A stretch of DNA of 62,977 bases, counting the filler, from Thraustochytrium aureum (Eukaryota): assembly GCA_012862495.1 (NCBI GenBank). It is 7 parts of 4 records of this genome, joined end to end, with 100 filler letters (N's around TTAATTAATTAA, not from the genome) between each part and the next. Parts side by side here need not be neighbours in the genome. Positions count along the whole stretch, not along the records: positions 40,427 to 50,313 come from BLSG01000446.1; positions 50,414 to 52,883 come from BLSG01000447.1; positions 52,984 to 62,977 come from BLSG01000447.1; 4 more parts are not named here. One strand, 5' to 3'. Positions 46,924-59,411 of the stretch are shown here, one piece after another. Below the pieces are notes generated by a model, which saw nothing but the letters and a program-made list of their open reading frames with translations, was not told where the DNA came from and ran no database searches. Position 1 is the first letter of the stretch. Each line of letters begins with the position of its first letter. The position numbers and the translations under genes were made by a program.

Positions 46924-47226
46924 GGCGGCCNNNNNNNNNNNNNNNNNNNNNNNNNNNNNNNNNNNNNNNNNNNNNNNNNNNNNNNNNNNNNNNNNNNNNN
47001 NNNNNNNNNNNNNNNNNNNNNNNNNNNNNNNNNNNNNNNNNNNNNNNNNNNNNNNNNNNNNNNNNNNNNNNNNNNNNNNNNNNNNNNNNNNNNNNNNNNN
47101 NNNNNNNNNNNNNNNNNNNNNNNNNNNNNNNNNNNNNNNNNNNNNNNNNNNNNNNNNNNNNNNNNNNNNNNNNNNNNNNNNNNNNNNNNNNNNNNNNNNN
47201 NNNNNNNNNNNNNNNNNNNNNNNNNN

Positions 47227-48330
47227 GCACGCGAGCTTCGTGCCCGACATGCTCGTTACGCCGGTCGGTCGGGATCGTCGGGCACTATGCGGGTAAACGG
47301 CACGTGCGAGAAGGTGGCGGTAGAAGGAACGGTGCGGCGGGTCAAGCGCCTCGAGACGCTGAGCGAAAGACTTGATTGCGTCTTCGGGCACGGACGATCC
47401 GACAACGGCGCGCTCAGCAAGGGCAAGGCGCACCTGCGCCAGAATGGCCCACTTGCTCCCGCCCTCCATCTCATCGAGCTCGCGGACAATGGTGACCTGT
47501 TCAGCAAGGAGCTGCGCGCACGCTTGGCGCGCCTCCTCGTCCCCGGCGGCCGCCTCGGCCGCAGCTTGACGCGCCGAATGAGCCACCTGTGAAACATCCA
47601 GCCGCTCTGGTCGTCTGGCTCGGTGAAAAGGGCGTTGTTGACTGCCTCGAACTCCGCCGCGAGCTGCACGCTGTCCAGAGCTCCGTTCTCGAGCGCTAGC
47701 GCCTCGAGCGCCTTGATCTTCAGGTGCCACGCAGAGTAGTTGCTAAAGTTGCGGTCGATGAGGCCCTGCGCAAACGCGAGGTCGTCGGCGGCGCCGCGCC
47801 CCGCGAGAGCGCTCACACCGGCGCGATACTGGTAGCAGTGAAAGTTGCGCTCGTCTGAAGCGAGGAGTTGCTCGCACAATGCGAGCTCAGACTTGAGGTT
47901 TGCGTGCTTGCCCTCGCAGGCCAGCTCGCGAACCACCCACATCCGGTGCGACCACGCCTCGTGCGACTTGACATTCCCCTGTGTGAGGCTCTGCGCGTTC
48001 AGGCTGAGCTCGTTTTGCACAAGCAGTCGCCGGCGCTCCGCGGTATCTTCAGGAAGCCCGAGCTTGTGCGGCTCAAAGCCAGGCAGCGCCTCTGCCCTCG
48101 CGCGCAGCGCCTCACGGCGCACGTTCCACAGCGTGTTGATACTCGGGTTGATGCACAGCAGGTGCCCGCAGAGGTCGAACGCGACCTGTGACATGTCGTT
48201 CGCCCGCCGGCAGTCTAGCCCCGTGCGCAGCATAACGCGCAGCTTGCGAAATTTTGCGGTGCGCGCATTCTTGACCTCCGCCGGCTCGGCGGCCTCTTCC
48301 TCGTCGCTGCTTTTGCTTGCGGCCGTGCAT
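47227..48330 (-). CDS. RABGGTA: Rab geranylgeranyltransferase alpha subunit (frameshifted)
   Basis: Conserved MHGR start at 48330; PPTA repeats TLWNVRR, AWSHRMW, DERNFHCYQYR, NFSNYSAWH, FTEPDDQSGWMFHRWL; C-terminal SKWAIL, LDPPHRSFY. Confidence 0.88.
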
Positions 48331-49957
48331 CGCTCCGGCGCGGCCAGCCAATGTCGCGCAAGATGAGGCCTGCCTGCGCCCAGCATCTGCTCTGCCGGCG
48401 CCGAGCAGAGATCAGAATTCAGAACAGTTCGTGCGGCCCGACCGACGTCCAACGACACTGCGTCCGCTCGGAGGGCTTGGGTCGTAACGGGTCTCTCGTG
48501 CTCGTTTCGTCGCCCAATTTCACGACGATGGCCTCGGCGGCCATCCAGCTGGCAGCGTTGGGCACCCGAATCGACCCACGCCCGCGAAAAGATGGCCGGG
48601 CCTGTCGGGCCTCACGCGGCGACGGAGCTGCCTGCTTGGCGCGGCATCGCTCAGGCGGATGGCCCGACTTGAGCGCGGTGTCCGTTTGGACGATCGATCG
48701 ATCGATGGGTGGCCGGCCAGTTGCCGCGTGCTGTGCCGGCTGCGACGATGTGGCGCCGATGCATCGATAGCCGCGAGCGAGATGGCCGCTGTTGCGGGCT
48801 TCGGCTGGCCGCGAGCGAGGAGCAGCGATCCCGCAAAAAGAGCCAGGGCGCAAGGTGGCCGCCAAGGTCGTTCAGTCAACGCACCTTGGCCGGCTCGGTT
48901 GGGGAGTTCGGACCAAACCCGTCCGGCTTGTGAGAGGTGGCTGGCTGGTGGAAAGCGGTCCCATCGTCCTGCAAGACAAGAGCGAGCAGGCCAGAGTGGA
49001 TCCACCTCGCTGCAATGAACTTGATGTTGTGCACAAGCCTACTTCGAGTTGGCCGCCTGCCACCTCGATCACGGCACCTTTCTTGCCTTCGCTCGAGAGA
49101 GGGAAGACTGCGAAAGTAAACGAGTGTGATAGCACCGGATTCGCGCTGAACCAGTCCCACGGGCCAAACAGCTACATTTTGATTGAGAGGCGCTTCCCAA
49201 ATGCAACGGCTCTTGGCGTCACTGCAGCAGGCAGGACCGGCAACGACAACAAGCGTTGCTCTAGCTAGCTAGAGCCGGCTCGTGCTCGAAACAATGGATA
49301 TTCTGGAGTGGGGCGCTATCCGCCACCCCACCCATTTCTGACCTGGTCAGAGTTGGCCTATCATGATGTTGAGAGGCCTGCCTCTCTACCTTACCCTATC
49401 ATGGTATCTCGTGTACAGCGATGAATAGAAAACGAGAGCCGGCTCGCTCGGCAGCCGTTGTCCGTGCATGCCGAGCAACTGCGCGAGCGCATCTTCGCTA
49501 ACACTCGCAGGGGTAACAAACACGCCTTCCGCTCATCTCATCGACCTGTGCAAGAGCCAGAGCGCGCAAGTGTTGTCGACTCGAAGCCATTGACCACCTT
49601 TTTCATTGAGTGACGCCCGCGAGAAAGCAACCTGTTGGCAATCGACCAGCTGCAGAATGATGGAACTGCATTGAGGACTACAGGGATATGGCCCAGCGGG
49701 CCCCCTTTTGGGCCAACGAACATTATACTCTTTTTCGTCGCGACGCGGAGCGCAACGACTGACACGACTGCACAGCACTGCATGATCAGCATTCGTCGGT
49801 GCGCAAACTGCAAGCAGCAATTCATTGAAGACCGACACGCCTGCGACAAACCCACAACTCGAAACACCAACCTTCGAACACCAGAACAAACCACACCTGG
49901 CCATACCCAAGCAGGCCAAGGGACAAGGCGAGGACGCGACGGGCAAGATCAACCAGC

Positions 49958-50313
49958 ATGCGGCTCGTTCTCGCAGCTGCGGCCCTGCTTCCGTTCGCTC
50001 TTGGCGAAGAATGCCTGCTCACTGATCCCTGCCTCAACCGAGGCGGCGACTGCATGTCGCAAGACCTCTGCCCTGCTGGCGCCTTCACCTGGGTGCCCGA
50101 ACTTTGCGACGCGGCAGGCGTGGATGGGTGTGGCTGCTGCATTCGTACAGTGAGCCCAACATGCCAAGAGGACGACCTGTGCTTAAACGCAGGAGGGAGC
50201 TGCGTTCCGCCAACCGATTGCGATCCCACCATTAACCGGTGCAGCAAAGAACTGTGCAGTCCGAACAATGACCCGAACGTCGAGTGCGTCTGCAAAATTG
50301 AACAGGAGCCCTC
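49958..50313 (+). CDS. Secreted Cys-rich protein with two tandem C-x4-GG-x-C modules, 3' truncated
   Basis: Signal peptide MRLVLAAAALLPFALG; repeats CLLTDPCLNRGGDC..C..LC..CGCC and CQEDDLCLNAGGSC..C..LC..CVC. Confidence 0.7.
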
Positions 50314-50413
50314 NNNNNNNNNNNNNNNNNNNNNNNNNNNNNNNNNNNNNNNNNNNNTTAATTAATTAANNNNNNNNNNNNNNNNNNNNNNNNNNNNNNN
50401 NNNNNNNNNNNNN

Positions 50414-52686
50414 CTCGCACTCGCGCGACCTCTTCAGCTCCAAGGAGCAGTCCCCTGCGGGCGCAGACTGACATGGACCGCGACCGCCTTCGCAGGGAGC
50501 TCAGCGACCGCGAGCTGGACCTTCGCGGCCAGGTGGCAGAGCTCAAGGGCAAGGTCGCCGCCCTCGAGTTTGCCCGCGACGAGGCGCACGAGCGCCTCGA
50601 GCAGGAGCGGCGGCGCGCCCGCGAGTCGGAAGCCCAGGTGCAGGACTTGCGCGACAACGGCGACGCGCGGCGTGAAGAGCTCGCCGACGCCATCGCAGCT
50701 GCGCGGCGAGAGCTCGAGACGGAGCGCAAACGGGCCGACAAGGAGGCAGAGGGGCGCCGCGAGGCGGAGCGCGAGCTGCGCGAAACCATGGAGCGGAGCG
50801 CCCAGCGGGAAAAGGCCATTCGAGCGCAGATGCAGGCATGGGAAAGCCAGGTCGTAGGGAAGCTCGACGGGCTGATACCCCCGCGACCCCAACGCGGCCG
50901 CGAACGGTGTCGCCGCTCGGAACGGTCGCGATGACGCTAGCGAGGGCGAGGGCGGCGACTGGCTCGTTGGGGACAACAGCGACGGCGGGCGGGCCGACAC
51001 GCTCGACGAGCTGGACGACTCGTTGGTCGAGGACAGGCGCCCCGGCAGCGCCCAGGGCTCGCGGCGCCACTACGACGCTGAAAACTACGGCAGTGCAAAC
51101 GGCAAGTTCGGCGGGAGCGATCGACCGGCCCCGCGCCAGCTCTGTCCGGCGGCAAAAAGCGGCGGGGCCAGGATGCAGGCGCCAGGGGTTGGCGCGGCAA
51201 TCCGCCCGGGTCGCGTGACACCGTAATTGGCCGTCTTGACGACCTGCACAGCCTCCGCACGCTGTTCGCGCGATCTGGGCTTGAAATCGAGCGCAAGTGG
51301 CAAGTCCGCATCAAGCAACTTGCGTACCAGTTGGAGCGCAGCGAAATCAAACTGCAAAGCGCCGAGGACCGGCTAGGGATGTTTGTACAGTCAATGCAGG
51401 CCATGGTCTCGCAGAGCAAGGGCCACTTTCAGGGCCACCAAGCCGACTTCGAGCGCCGCCTCAACCAGCTTCGCGAGGAAAAGCTGCAGGCAGAGCGCCG
51501 CGTCGACCGCGCGCTTGAAGACAAGGAGGTCTTGCGGGACCAGCTCACAGCCGCCAAAGAGCGCGCCGCGCAGCTACAGGGCGAGGCCCGGCAAGCCAAG
51601 GTCGAGCTGGACGCGCTGCGCGACGACAAGCGCCGCATGGACGAAAAGCTCGAGCAGCTCAAGGGCAACCAAGGTGTGCTCGAGGAGAACAACCGCGTCT
51701 TGTCGCTCGAGGTGGAGGACCGCGGGGCCAAGATCAAAGACCTCTCGCGGTCCCAGAGCAAACTGCGCCAGCAGATCGAGACGCTCAAGCAGCACCTCGA
51801 CGAGCGCCAGTCGGCTGTCGCGGGGCTGGAGAGCAAGCTGGAGCAGGTCAGCAAGCAGGCCAAGTCGCGCGAGCGAGAACTCAAGGACACGCGGCTCAAG
51901 CTGCACGGCTCGCTGTACTCTGACGCGGCCTCGCCTCGCCAGCCCCCAGCCAGCCCAGGCGGCCGGTCGTATCCGCACGACGACTTTGAGCGCAACATTT
52001 GGCGCCAGGTCGAGGAGACAGAGCGTGCTATCCGCGGGTCCGGCTCGTCCCAGAACGGCGGCAGCGCCTCGGCGCTGCTTCAGGCGCAGCGCTACTCGCT
52101 TGAGAAGAGCGAGAGCGTCTTTGCGGAAGTGCTCGTCTCTGCGGCCGAGCTGGTGGACCGCACGCAGTCGCTGCTCAAGCAGCATTCGTACTCGAGCGAC
52201 TTTGGGCCGGAGGTCCTCGATCTGCTCCGCCTCAACCAGCACCTAGCGCTGGAGCTCCAGGGCCTGGGCTGCGATGTGCACGCTCTGCACCGGAGGGTGC
52301 TCGCCGCGGCTGGCGGGGACGGGGGCGCCGCCAACTTGCCCTCGGCCGCATCTGTAGCCTTGTCGGGGGCGTCCAGCTTGTTGGCTCGCCAGCCGCGCGA
52401 GTACGCGCAGGCCTCGCCCGCCATGCACCGCGGAAATGAGGGTCGACGCGACTCGCCGCTGGATCGCGCCCCCCGCGACAGAGGCCTCTCGCCGTACCTG
52501 GGTCCTCAAGGCGCCTACGGGACGCCGGTGCACCAGATCTCGCGCAAACGCTTTGAGAACAGCCAGGTCCGCTCTGGCGAAGCCTTGTCCACCGTCCACC
52601 GCGACATGCTTGGCCGATTGGGCCGCATTAGGGCCGACCTGGAGGAGACGGCGACGCAACTCAATAGCTCGAACGTGACGTGGTAG
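50414..52686 (+). CDS. Long coiled-coil protein (frameshifted)
   Basis: E/R/K/L heptad-rich ORFs 50473-50934 and 51331-52686 with GC3-rich codons. Confidence 0.7.
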
Positions 52687-52983
52687 TCTCGTTCAGTCGC
52701 GCAGTGTGCAGGCCAGGCCATCTCGTTTTTTTAAATCATTCTGGAAGCTCGAAGTGGAACTCCGTCCGTGTTTCAAATTTGTCTGTTTCCGCAAGTTGGA
52801 CAAGGTGGTTTCTCGCTCGACCGGAAGGCCCACCAGAGAGGGCACAGAAGCGTCGCGGGGAGCAATTCGCGCGCAACCGAGAANNNNNNNNNNNNNNNNN
52901 NNNNNNNNNNNNNNNNNNNNNNNNNNNTTAATTAATTAANNNNNNNNNNNNNNNNNNNNNNNNNNNNNNNNNNNNNNNNNNNN

Positions 52984-55900
52984 GGTGCCCTGAATGATGC
53001 GGCACAGGTGCGGGCGCATCTTGGGCAAGCGAAACTCAAAAACAGCCACCTTGTTGTCGGGTATCGCGTCGAGCCGATGCGAGGGCGGCTCGACCTGCCC
53101 CCCGAGCGGCCAGGCAAACTTTGCGGGCGGCGGCATAAAGTAGCCCGACACGCCGTTTGTGTCGGAGCCGAGGAGCAGGCGGCCGCAGTCTTTGTTGCCT
53201 TGGCGGACGTCACCCGCCGTGGTGGGCGTGATCTCGTGCGACGCGGCGCCTTCCTCCGCGGCGGCAGCGGCGCCCGAGCCAGCGCGAGCGGCCTGCTGTG
53301 TGCTAAACTCCTCGGCGGCCTTGAGCATCTCGGTTGTGCCTGGAGCCTCGACGTGCGCAAAGATGAGGTCCGGGTTGCACTGGTTGCGCTCGAGCTCTTG
53401 GGGGTTGAACTTTGACTCGAGTTTGCGCGTCACCTTGAGGAGGCGGTCCTCCTCGATGAACGGGAGCAGCGCGATCCAGAGCCAACGCACGGCCTTGCCG
53501 TTCGCGTCGTAGTCGAACTTGGCGGGGTAAAAGTCTGCGATAGGCGACTTTTCCGACGTCATGTACCAGCGGCACGGCTTGGGCAGCGCGTGGGCGCTCG
53601 CTGGCGGAAACACGCCCATAAGCTGATCGATCGGCTTGAAGGGCAGCGAGGGGGGAAACTTGATCTCAAAGCGGTCGATGTTGACGAGGTCGCTCGCGAA
53701 AGGGGCGTAGTGGTACGGGTAGAACCAGGTCCAGCTCTGGCAACCCTTGTAGTAGTACTCCATTACCCAGCAAAGCCCGGTGACGTACTCTTTGACGACG
53801 TTGACACGCTCCGCCGACCGCTCATCGTGGTACTCGGGACCGAACTTTTGCACGTAGTAGCGGTCCTTCCAGCCAGCCTCGCCGAGCCGCACGTCGTCCA
53901 CGACGTCTTCATGGATGTTGCGCTTGTCCTCCTTCTCTTTGGCGCGTCGCTCAAACTCGAACTTGGCCTCGGGAGAGTCGTCGGCTTCAAACTCGATCTC
54001 TTTGGCGCGCTCGAGCTCGAGGACGGCCTCGGTGTCGACCTGGTCCTCGATCTCCTCGTCGACCTCGTCGTCGCTGCTCTCTGCGGCATCTTCGTTGTCG
54101 TCCTCCCCGTCGCCGTCCCCGTCGCCGTCCCCGTCGCCGTCCTCGTCGCCGTCCTCGTCGCCGTCGCCGGAGTTCGGGGCGGCCGCATTGACTTGGCCGT
54201 CGCCACTCTTGGCGACGACGCTGCTGGCCTTTGCGGCGCCTTGCTCGGTTTTGATTCGCTTGGTGTCCGGGCTCGCAATGGGGTCGTCGAGCTCCGCTTC
54301 TTGCTCCTCGTCCTCGNNNNNNNNNNNNNNNNNNNNNNNNNNNNNNNNNNNNNNNNNNNNNNNNNNNNNNNNNNNNNNNNNNNNNNNNNNNNNNNNNNNN
54401 NNNNNNNNNNNNNNNNNNNNNNNNNNNNNNNNNNNNNNNNNNNNNNNNNNNNNNNNNNNNNNNNNNNNNNNNNNNNNNNNNNNNNNNNNNNNNNNNNNNN
54501 NNNNNNNNNNNNNNNNNNNNNNNNNNNNNNNNNNNNNNNNNNNNNNNNNNNNNNNNNNNNNNNNNNNNNNNNNNNNNNNNNNNNNNNNNNNNNNNNNNNN
54601 NNNNNNNNNNNNNNNNNNNNNNNNNNNNNNNNNNNNCGATGGTGCTGCTTGCGCGCCTTGTCGGCGAGCTCGCGGCGGCGGCGGCGCAAAAAAATCTCGT
54701 CCTCCACGGCACCGAGCATCCCCATGAACACGTCAACCCGCTCCAGGTTGACCTTGCCGTCCGTCGTCAGGTAGCCCCGCACAGTGGGCAGCACGCGCTT
54801 GTAGAGGTCGAGAAGCAGCTCGAGCCCCCCCTCGCGGATCGAAAGCGAGGGCAGGTGCGGCAAAAAGTCGTTGCCGACGAAGAAGCAAATAAATACAAAG
54901 TCGTCGATGCAGGCCTCGAAGTTATACTCAAATGTCAGCGGCTGGTAGAACGACTCGGCCCGAAACTCGTACGCCAGGTACTCGCGCAGGATCCAGAGCC
55001 GCACAAGGTCAAAGGGTTTTTCTGGTCCCGATGAGGCCAAGCTCGGCGGCGTCCACGGCCTCGCCGTGCGTCACGGAGCCGTCGTTGTTCAGAAGGACTG
55101 CGTCCATCTTGTACCCTTCTTGGTTCGCGGGTCGCTGGGGCGCCCTCTGGTTAGCTTCAACTAGGAGCAAAGCGGGCCCGGCCCGCGTGGGCAAGCAAGC
55201 AGCTCGGGCTGGGGGCGGTGCAAGGTGGGTTGGACCGACTGCAAAACTTACTTTTTTGGCCTTCCCAAACAAGACCTCTTCGCGCAGAATGGTGAAGTGG
55301 ACCTCATGGCTCGCGAGCCCGAGCATGATGAGATCCGCGTCCAGTCCGTACAGGCAGTGGCGCGTGTTCGGGTCGTAGCCGGGCTCTGCGCGCTGGCGGC
55401 GGATGAACTGCATAATTTTGTGCTCGCCCTCGCCGGGGCTCTGCGCGTCGGAGAGGATGATGCGCACGTTCTTGAACGCGGGGTTGCGGTTGAGTCGCTC
55501 CGCAATGTACTGCCGGATCCAGTCTGAGAGCGTGGCCATGAACTCTGTCCCGGGAGTGATCACGTTCGAGTCCCATGCGGGCTTCTTCTTCTGCGGAGGG
55601 CGGATTCCAATGGAGATCATCTCTTGCCGGATGCGCTCGGCGTCGTCGTCGGCCTCGCCGGCCTCCATGGCGGCCCGGAAGCGGCGCGAGCGCTGCTGGT
55701 TCATCTTGGCGCGCGGCGCGACGCCGTCGATGGCCATGTAGATGACTTTGCGCGGCCGGATCAGGTTGAAAAGCCTGTCCAGGAAGCGGAAAATCACCAG
55801 ATACATGTCTTGCTCCGTCGCCGGCGCCTCCTCGCCTTCCGGGTGCGTGCACGGGTGGATCAGCCCATTCATGTCCAGGTACAAGTTGTCGAACTCGTAC

Positions 55901-56022
55901 CCGTTCGGGTTGGGCTTGCTCGCGTCCACGGGCATGCCGTTCCGCTCGTGCTCCTCAATGCACTTGGCCATAATCTTGGGGTACTTTTCCGATATCCATC
56001 GAAAGAAGGTCGGCACGCCCAT
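52984..56022 (-). CDS. XRN2: 5'-3' exoribonuclease 2 (Xrn2/Rat1), 3' truncated
   Basis: [109 protein letters not shown]. Probable intron 55251 to ~55135. Confidence 0.93.
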
Positions 56023-57453
56023 CGTCTGCTCCGCAAGGTCGCTCGCTCACTCACCGACCCCAAGCAGGAAAAACCAAGCCAAAAAACCAAACCCGACGCC
56101 AACAAAAAAAACCACCGACGCCCTGGGGCCGCGGAGGGGCGGCGCCGGGGGCCCACAGCCCAAACAAACAGGCCGCGCCTACCCTGCCTGGCGGCGCACG
56201 ACGCGAGCACGACCGCTGCCCCGCTCGGCTCGCCAGCAACAGCGCCCTTTGCCGGTCTGCTCGCTCGACCACCTACCTACCTAGCCAAAGCCGCGGGGAA
56301 TTTTCGCGAGTCTTTTCACCCTCCAAAAACCCTCTACAGAGTGCAGAACCACCGAAAACCCCGCGAGCAGAAAGAGCCCAGAGAACAGAGATCAACGAAG
56401 GCTTGTCTAAAAGAGCAAACGAGTGTTCCCCAGATGGGGGTGTGCGCCGTGGGGTGGCTCACAGGGTCGCTGGCGGTGTGAACGGGGCAGGCCGCGGGCC
56501 TCTTCGCAGGTCTGCGCGCGACTATCTATGATGATGTTGGAGCCCAACGTGAAAAGTACCGAGGCGCCGAGTTCGCTTGCAGAGGTGCAATGGCCTTCAC
56601 ACGCACACCCAGCTCAGGTCCCACTTGCTCCGTCCCCGACATGAATGGCGCTGGAGCTGCACCAATGAGGATCTGCACCAAGCACAAACAAGCCACGCAA
56701 GGGAAGGGAACAAAGGACGCGGCGGGAGAAAGCCACCCTGCAAACCACCGATACCGGTCCAAAGGCCGCCGCCGCAGCGCATGCTGGCAAGAGCAAGGAT
56801 CCAGATCGAGCGCACAACCAGGGACCGAGCATCCATGACTTGGCGACCAAGACTTTTTCATCTCATCGAGTCATCGACAGACACTTCGTTCGAAAATTGA
56901 AGCAAAAAAGTACTCCAGTAGAGCAGAGCCAAATGCAGTGCATCAGCCAGCCTCAGAGAGCGGGTTCAACTGTGCAGATGATCGATCTCACTGGCAGCCG
57001 AAGCTGCTCCTCGACCAGGGCACCCCCTCTTGAGGTGAGAGCCTGCGAGTCCGCGCTGCCCCGCAGGGTCCGTCCAGAGTGGAGCAAAGCAAGCAGGTTC
57101 AAGTTGACGCGAAGCCGAAGCCGCCTCACTCACATCCAACCGATCTCTCACATGTGGAGCCGCCAACGGACAGGCAGGCAGGCCACTTGGGCTCTCACTG
57201 AGCAGAAGGGCGCAGAGCACGCAACGCGCGACCCCCGCCGAAGCAGCCGCAGCAGCCGCAGCACCAGCACCAGCCGCAGCAGCAGCAGCAAAAGCAAAAG
57301 CAGGTCCGAAAGCTTTGTTGCGGGATCGACGAGGCAGTTTGGTGCGAGACAGGGCAAGCGAGGCAAAAGTCTCACCGCGACGCGCGCGCTAGAGGGGGCG
57401 TTGCTGGACGTACGTCGCCTGGCCAGCGCTCTGGCCTCCGGTGGCAGCACAAG

Positions 57454-58560
57454 ATGGGAGGAATCGTAGGCAAGAAGATAGACCCCGACAATGTCGACCT
57501 GAGGCACTTTAGGATGGAGCGCGTGCTCGGCGCCGGGGGCTTTGGCAAGGTGCACGCAGCGACCAAGCGCACCGAGCCGAAGAAGAACACGTTCTTCGCC
57601 ATCAAAGAGCTGAAAAAGCTCACCATCATCGAAAAGAAGGCTCATGACGAGGTCTTCGAGGAGCTCAAGATGCTCAGCTCGCTCGACTACCCGCTTGTGT
57701 GCAACGCGCACTATGCTTTCCAGGATGACCGCAACCTGTACCTCGTGATGGACCTTGCGCTTGGCGGAGACCTGCGCTTCCGGCTCAACCAGCTCCGCAA
57801 GACCAAGGATCCCAGCGCGGGTCTCGTCATGGAAGAGCAGGAGCTTCGCTTCAACATGTTTTGCGTCCTGCTCGCTCTCCGGTACGTGCACAGCCTCAAG
57901 ATCGTTTTCCGCGACCTCAAGCCAGACAACGTCCTCATCAAGGACAACGGGTACATTCTGCTCACCGACTTTGGGATCAGCAAGCATTGCCCGACCGGCG
58001 TTTGTACCGAGCGTAGCGGCACCCACGGCTACATGGCGCCCGAGGTGTACGTGGCCAACTCGGCGCACTCGTTCAACTCGGACATGTTCAGCTTTGGCGT
58101 CATGATGTACGAGCTGCTCAAGGCCTCGCGTCCGTTCACTCACGAAGTCATCAAAGACAAGTTGTGGGTCACCGACACCGAGGAGCGAGACCGACAGGCG
58201 GCTGTCCCGGCAAACAAACTCTTGAAGGAAGGCCAGGTCAGCGAGGCGCTCTGCGACCTCCTCCGCAAGTGTCTCGCCTTTGACCCGGCGCAGCGCATCA
58301 GCTCGGAAGAGGCCATGACGCACCCTTGGTTTGAAGGCTTTACCGAGGAGGCCTTTCTCAAGTTTGAGGTCAAGCCCAGTTTTTTCCCGGACACGTCGGT
58401 GGCCAACTGCGACTCCACCAATCTGGAGGTCCAGGAGATCTTCTCCGACAAGTCGTCGGAACCCAAGCCCAAACCAGAAGACCAGGCCGCTTTCGCCAAC
58501 TACAAGTTTGACATCAACAAGAACGGAAGGGAGAGCGCGTCCAAGGTGTACAACAAATAG
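57454..58560 (+). CDS. Ser/Thr kinase, STK32/YANK-like AGC kinase
   Basis: MG N-terminus (possible myristoylation), VDLRHF..LGAGGFGKV, YAFQDDRNLYLVMDLALGGDLRF, FRDLKPDN, DFG, SGTHGYMAPE. Confidence 0.88.
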   Translation: MGGIVGKKIDPDNVDLRHFRMERVLGAGGFGKVHAATKRTEPKKNTFFAIKELKKLTIIEKKAHDEVFEELKMLSSLDYPLVCNAHYAFQDDRNLYLVMDLALGGDLRFRLNQLRKTKDPSAGLVMEEQELRFNMFCVLLALRYVHSLKIVFRDLKPDNVLIKDNGYILLTDFGISKHCPTGVCTERSGTHGYMAPEVYVANSAHSFNSDMFSFGVMMYELLKASRPFTHEVIKDKLWVTDTEERDRQAAVPANKLLKEGQVSEALCDLLRKCLAFDPAQRISSEEAMTHPWFEGFTEEAFLKFEVKPSFFPDTSVANCDSTNLEVQEIFSDKSSEPKPKPEDQAAFANYKFDINKNGRESASKVYNK

Positions 58561-59411
58561 GCCCGCGCCGAGCGGCCACATCTGCTTGGCGGCGTTGCGC
58601 GCCGAGCGGCCTCATCTCTTTGGCGGCGCTCCGCGCCGAGGGGCCTCATCTCTTTTGCGACACTCCGCGCCTTGCTCGGTGCAGCCCCCGAAGGAGCTCG
58701 TTCAGTTGAAAACAGGCCCTGGGGGCTGCTTTCGTGGTGCCCATGCGTGAGCGAGGCTTTCGAGCATCGTGGGAAATGACGCAGCGGCCTTGGGCGGTCT
58801 AAGCGAAACCTTTTCACGAAAACCTGCTCGGGATGCAGGATGCTCCCTTCTTTCAAACTAAAGAGCGCCTACATGGCCAACGAACGGGGCAGCGCGAACT
58901 CCCGGAGTCGTCTGTTCGGGCTCTCCCGACGGTCGCCCAACCCAGGAAGGCAGAATCGAGTCCTCGACGCGTCGCACTTGCGTGACAAAAATCGCCATCG
59001 ACAGATAGATAACAAATGATGTACTTTTTTAAAATCCCATGCAAGGTCTCGTTCCATGCCCGGCCTCGTTTTTGCAAGCAAGGCTAGTGTGAAACGGCAC
59101 AGCCGCCAGTTCAACTTTGGCGTCAGATTGTCGCCCTGCAGGGGCGCCTCTGCGGCTGCTGCCGAGGCGGCGTCAAGGCAGGATGGAAGATATCGCGTTC
59201 AAGATGTATTCCTACACGGCATTTGCGGCGTTTTGCAGCAGATCCACGCTGAGACTCCAAGCCCCCAACAGCGGCGCAAGGTCTCGTGCGCAAGCGCAGC
59301 GCAACGCAACGCTCCTTCTCTCGCACAAAACGAACGACAAACGAAAGGCGAGCGCCCTCGAAAGCCCAGACGGGCCAACAAGCGAAGAGGCGAACCTCCT
59401 CACCTTTTCAA

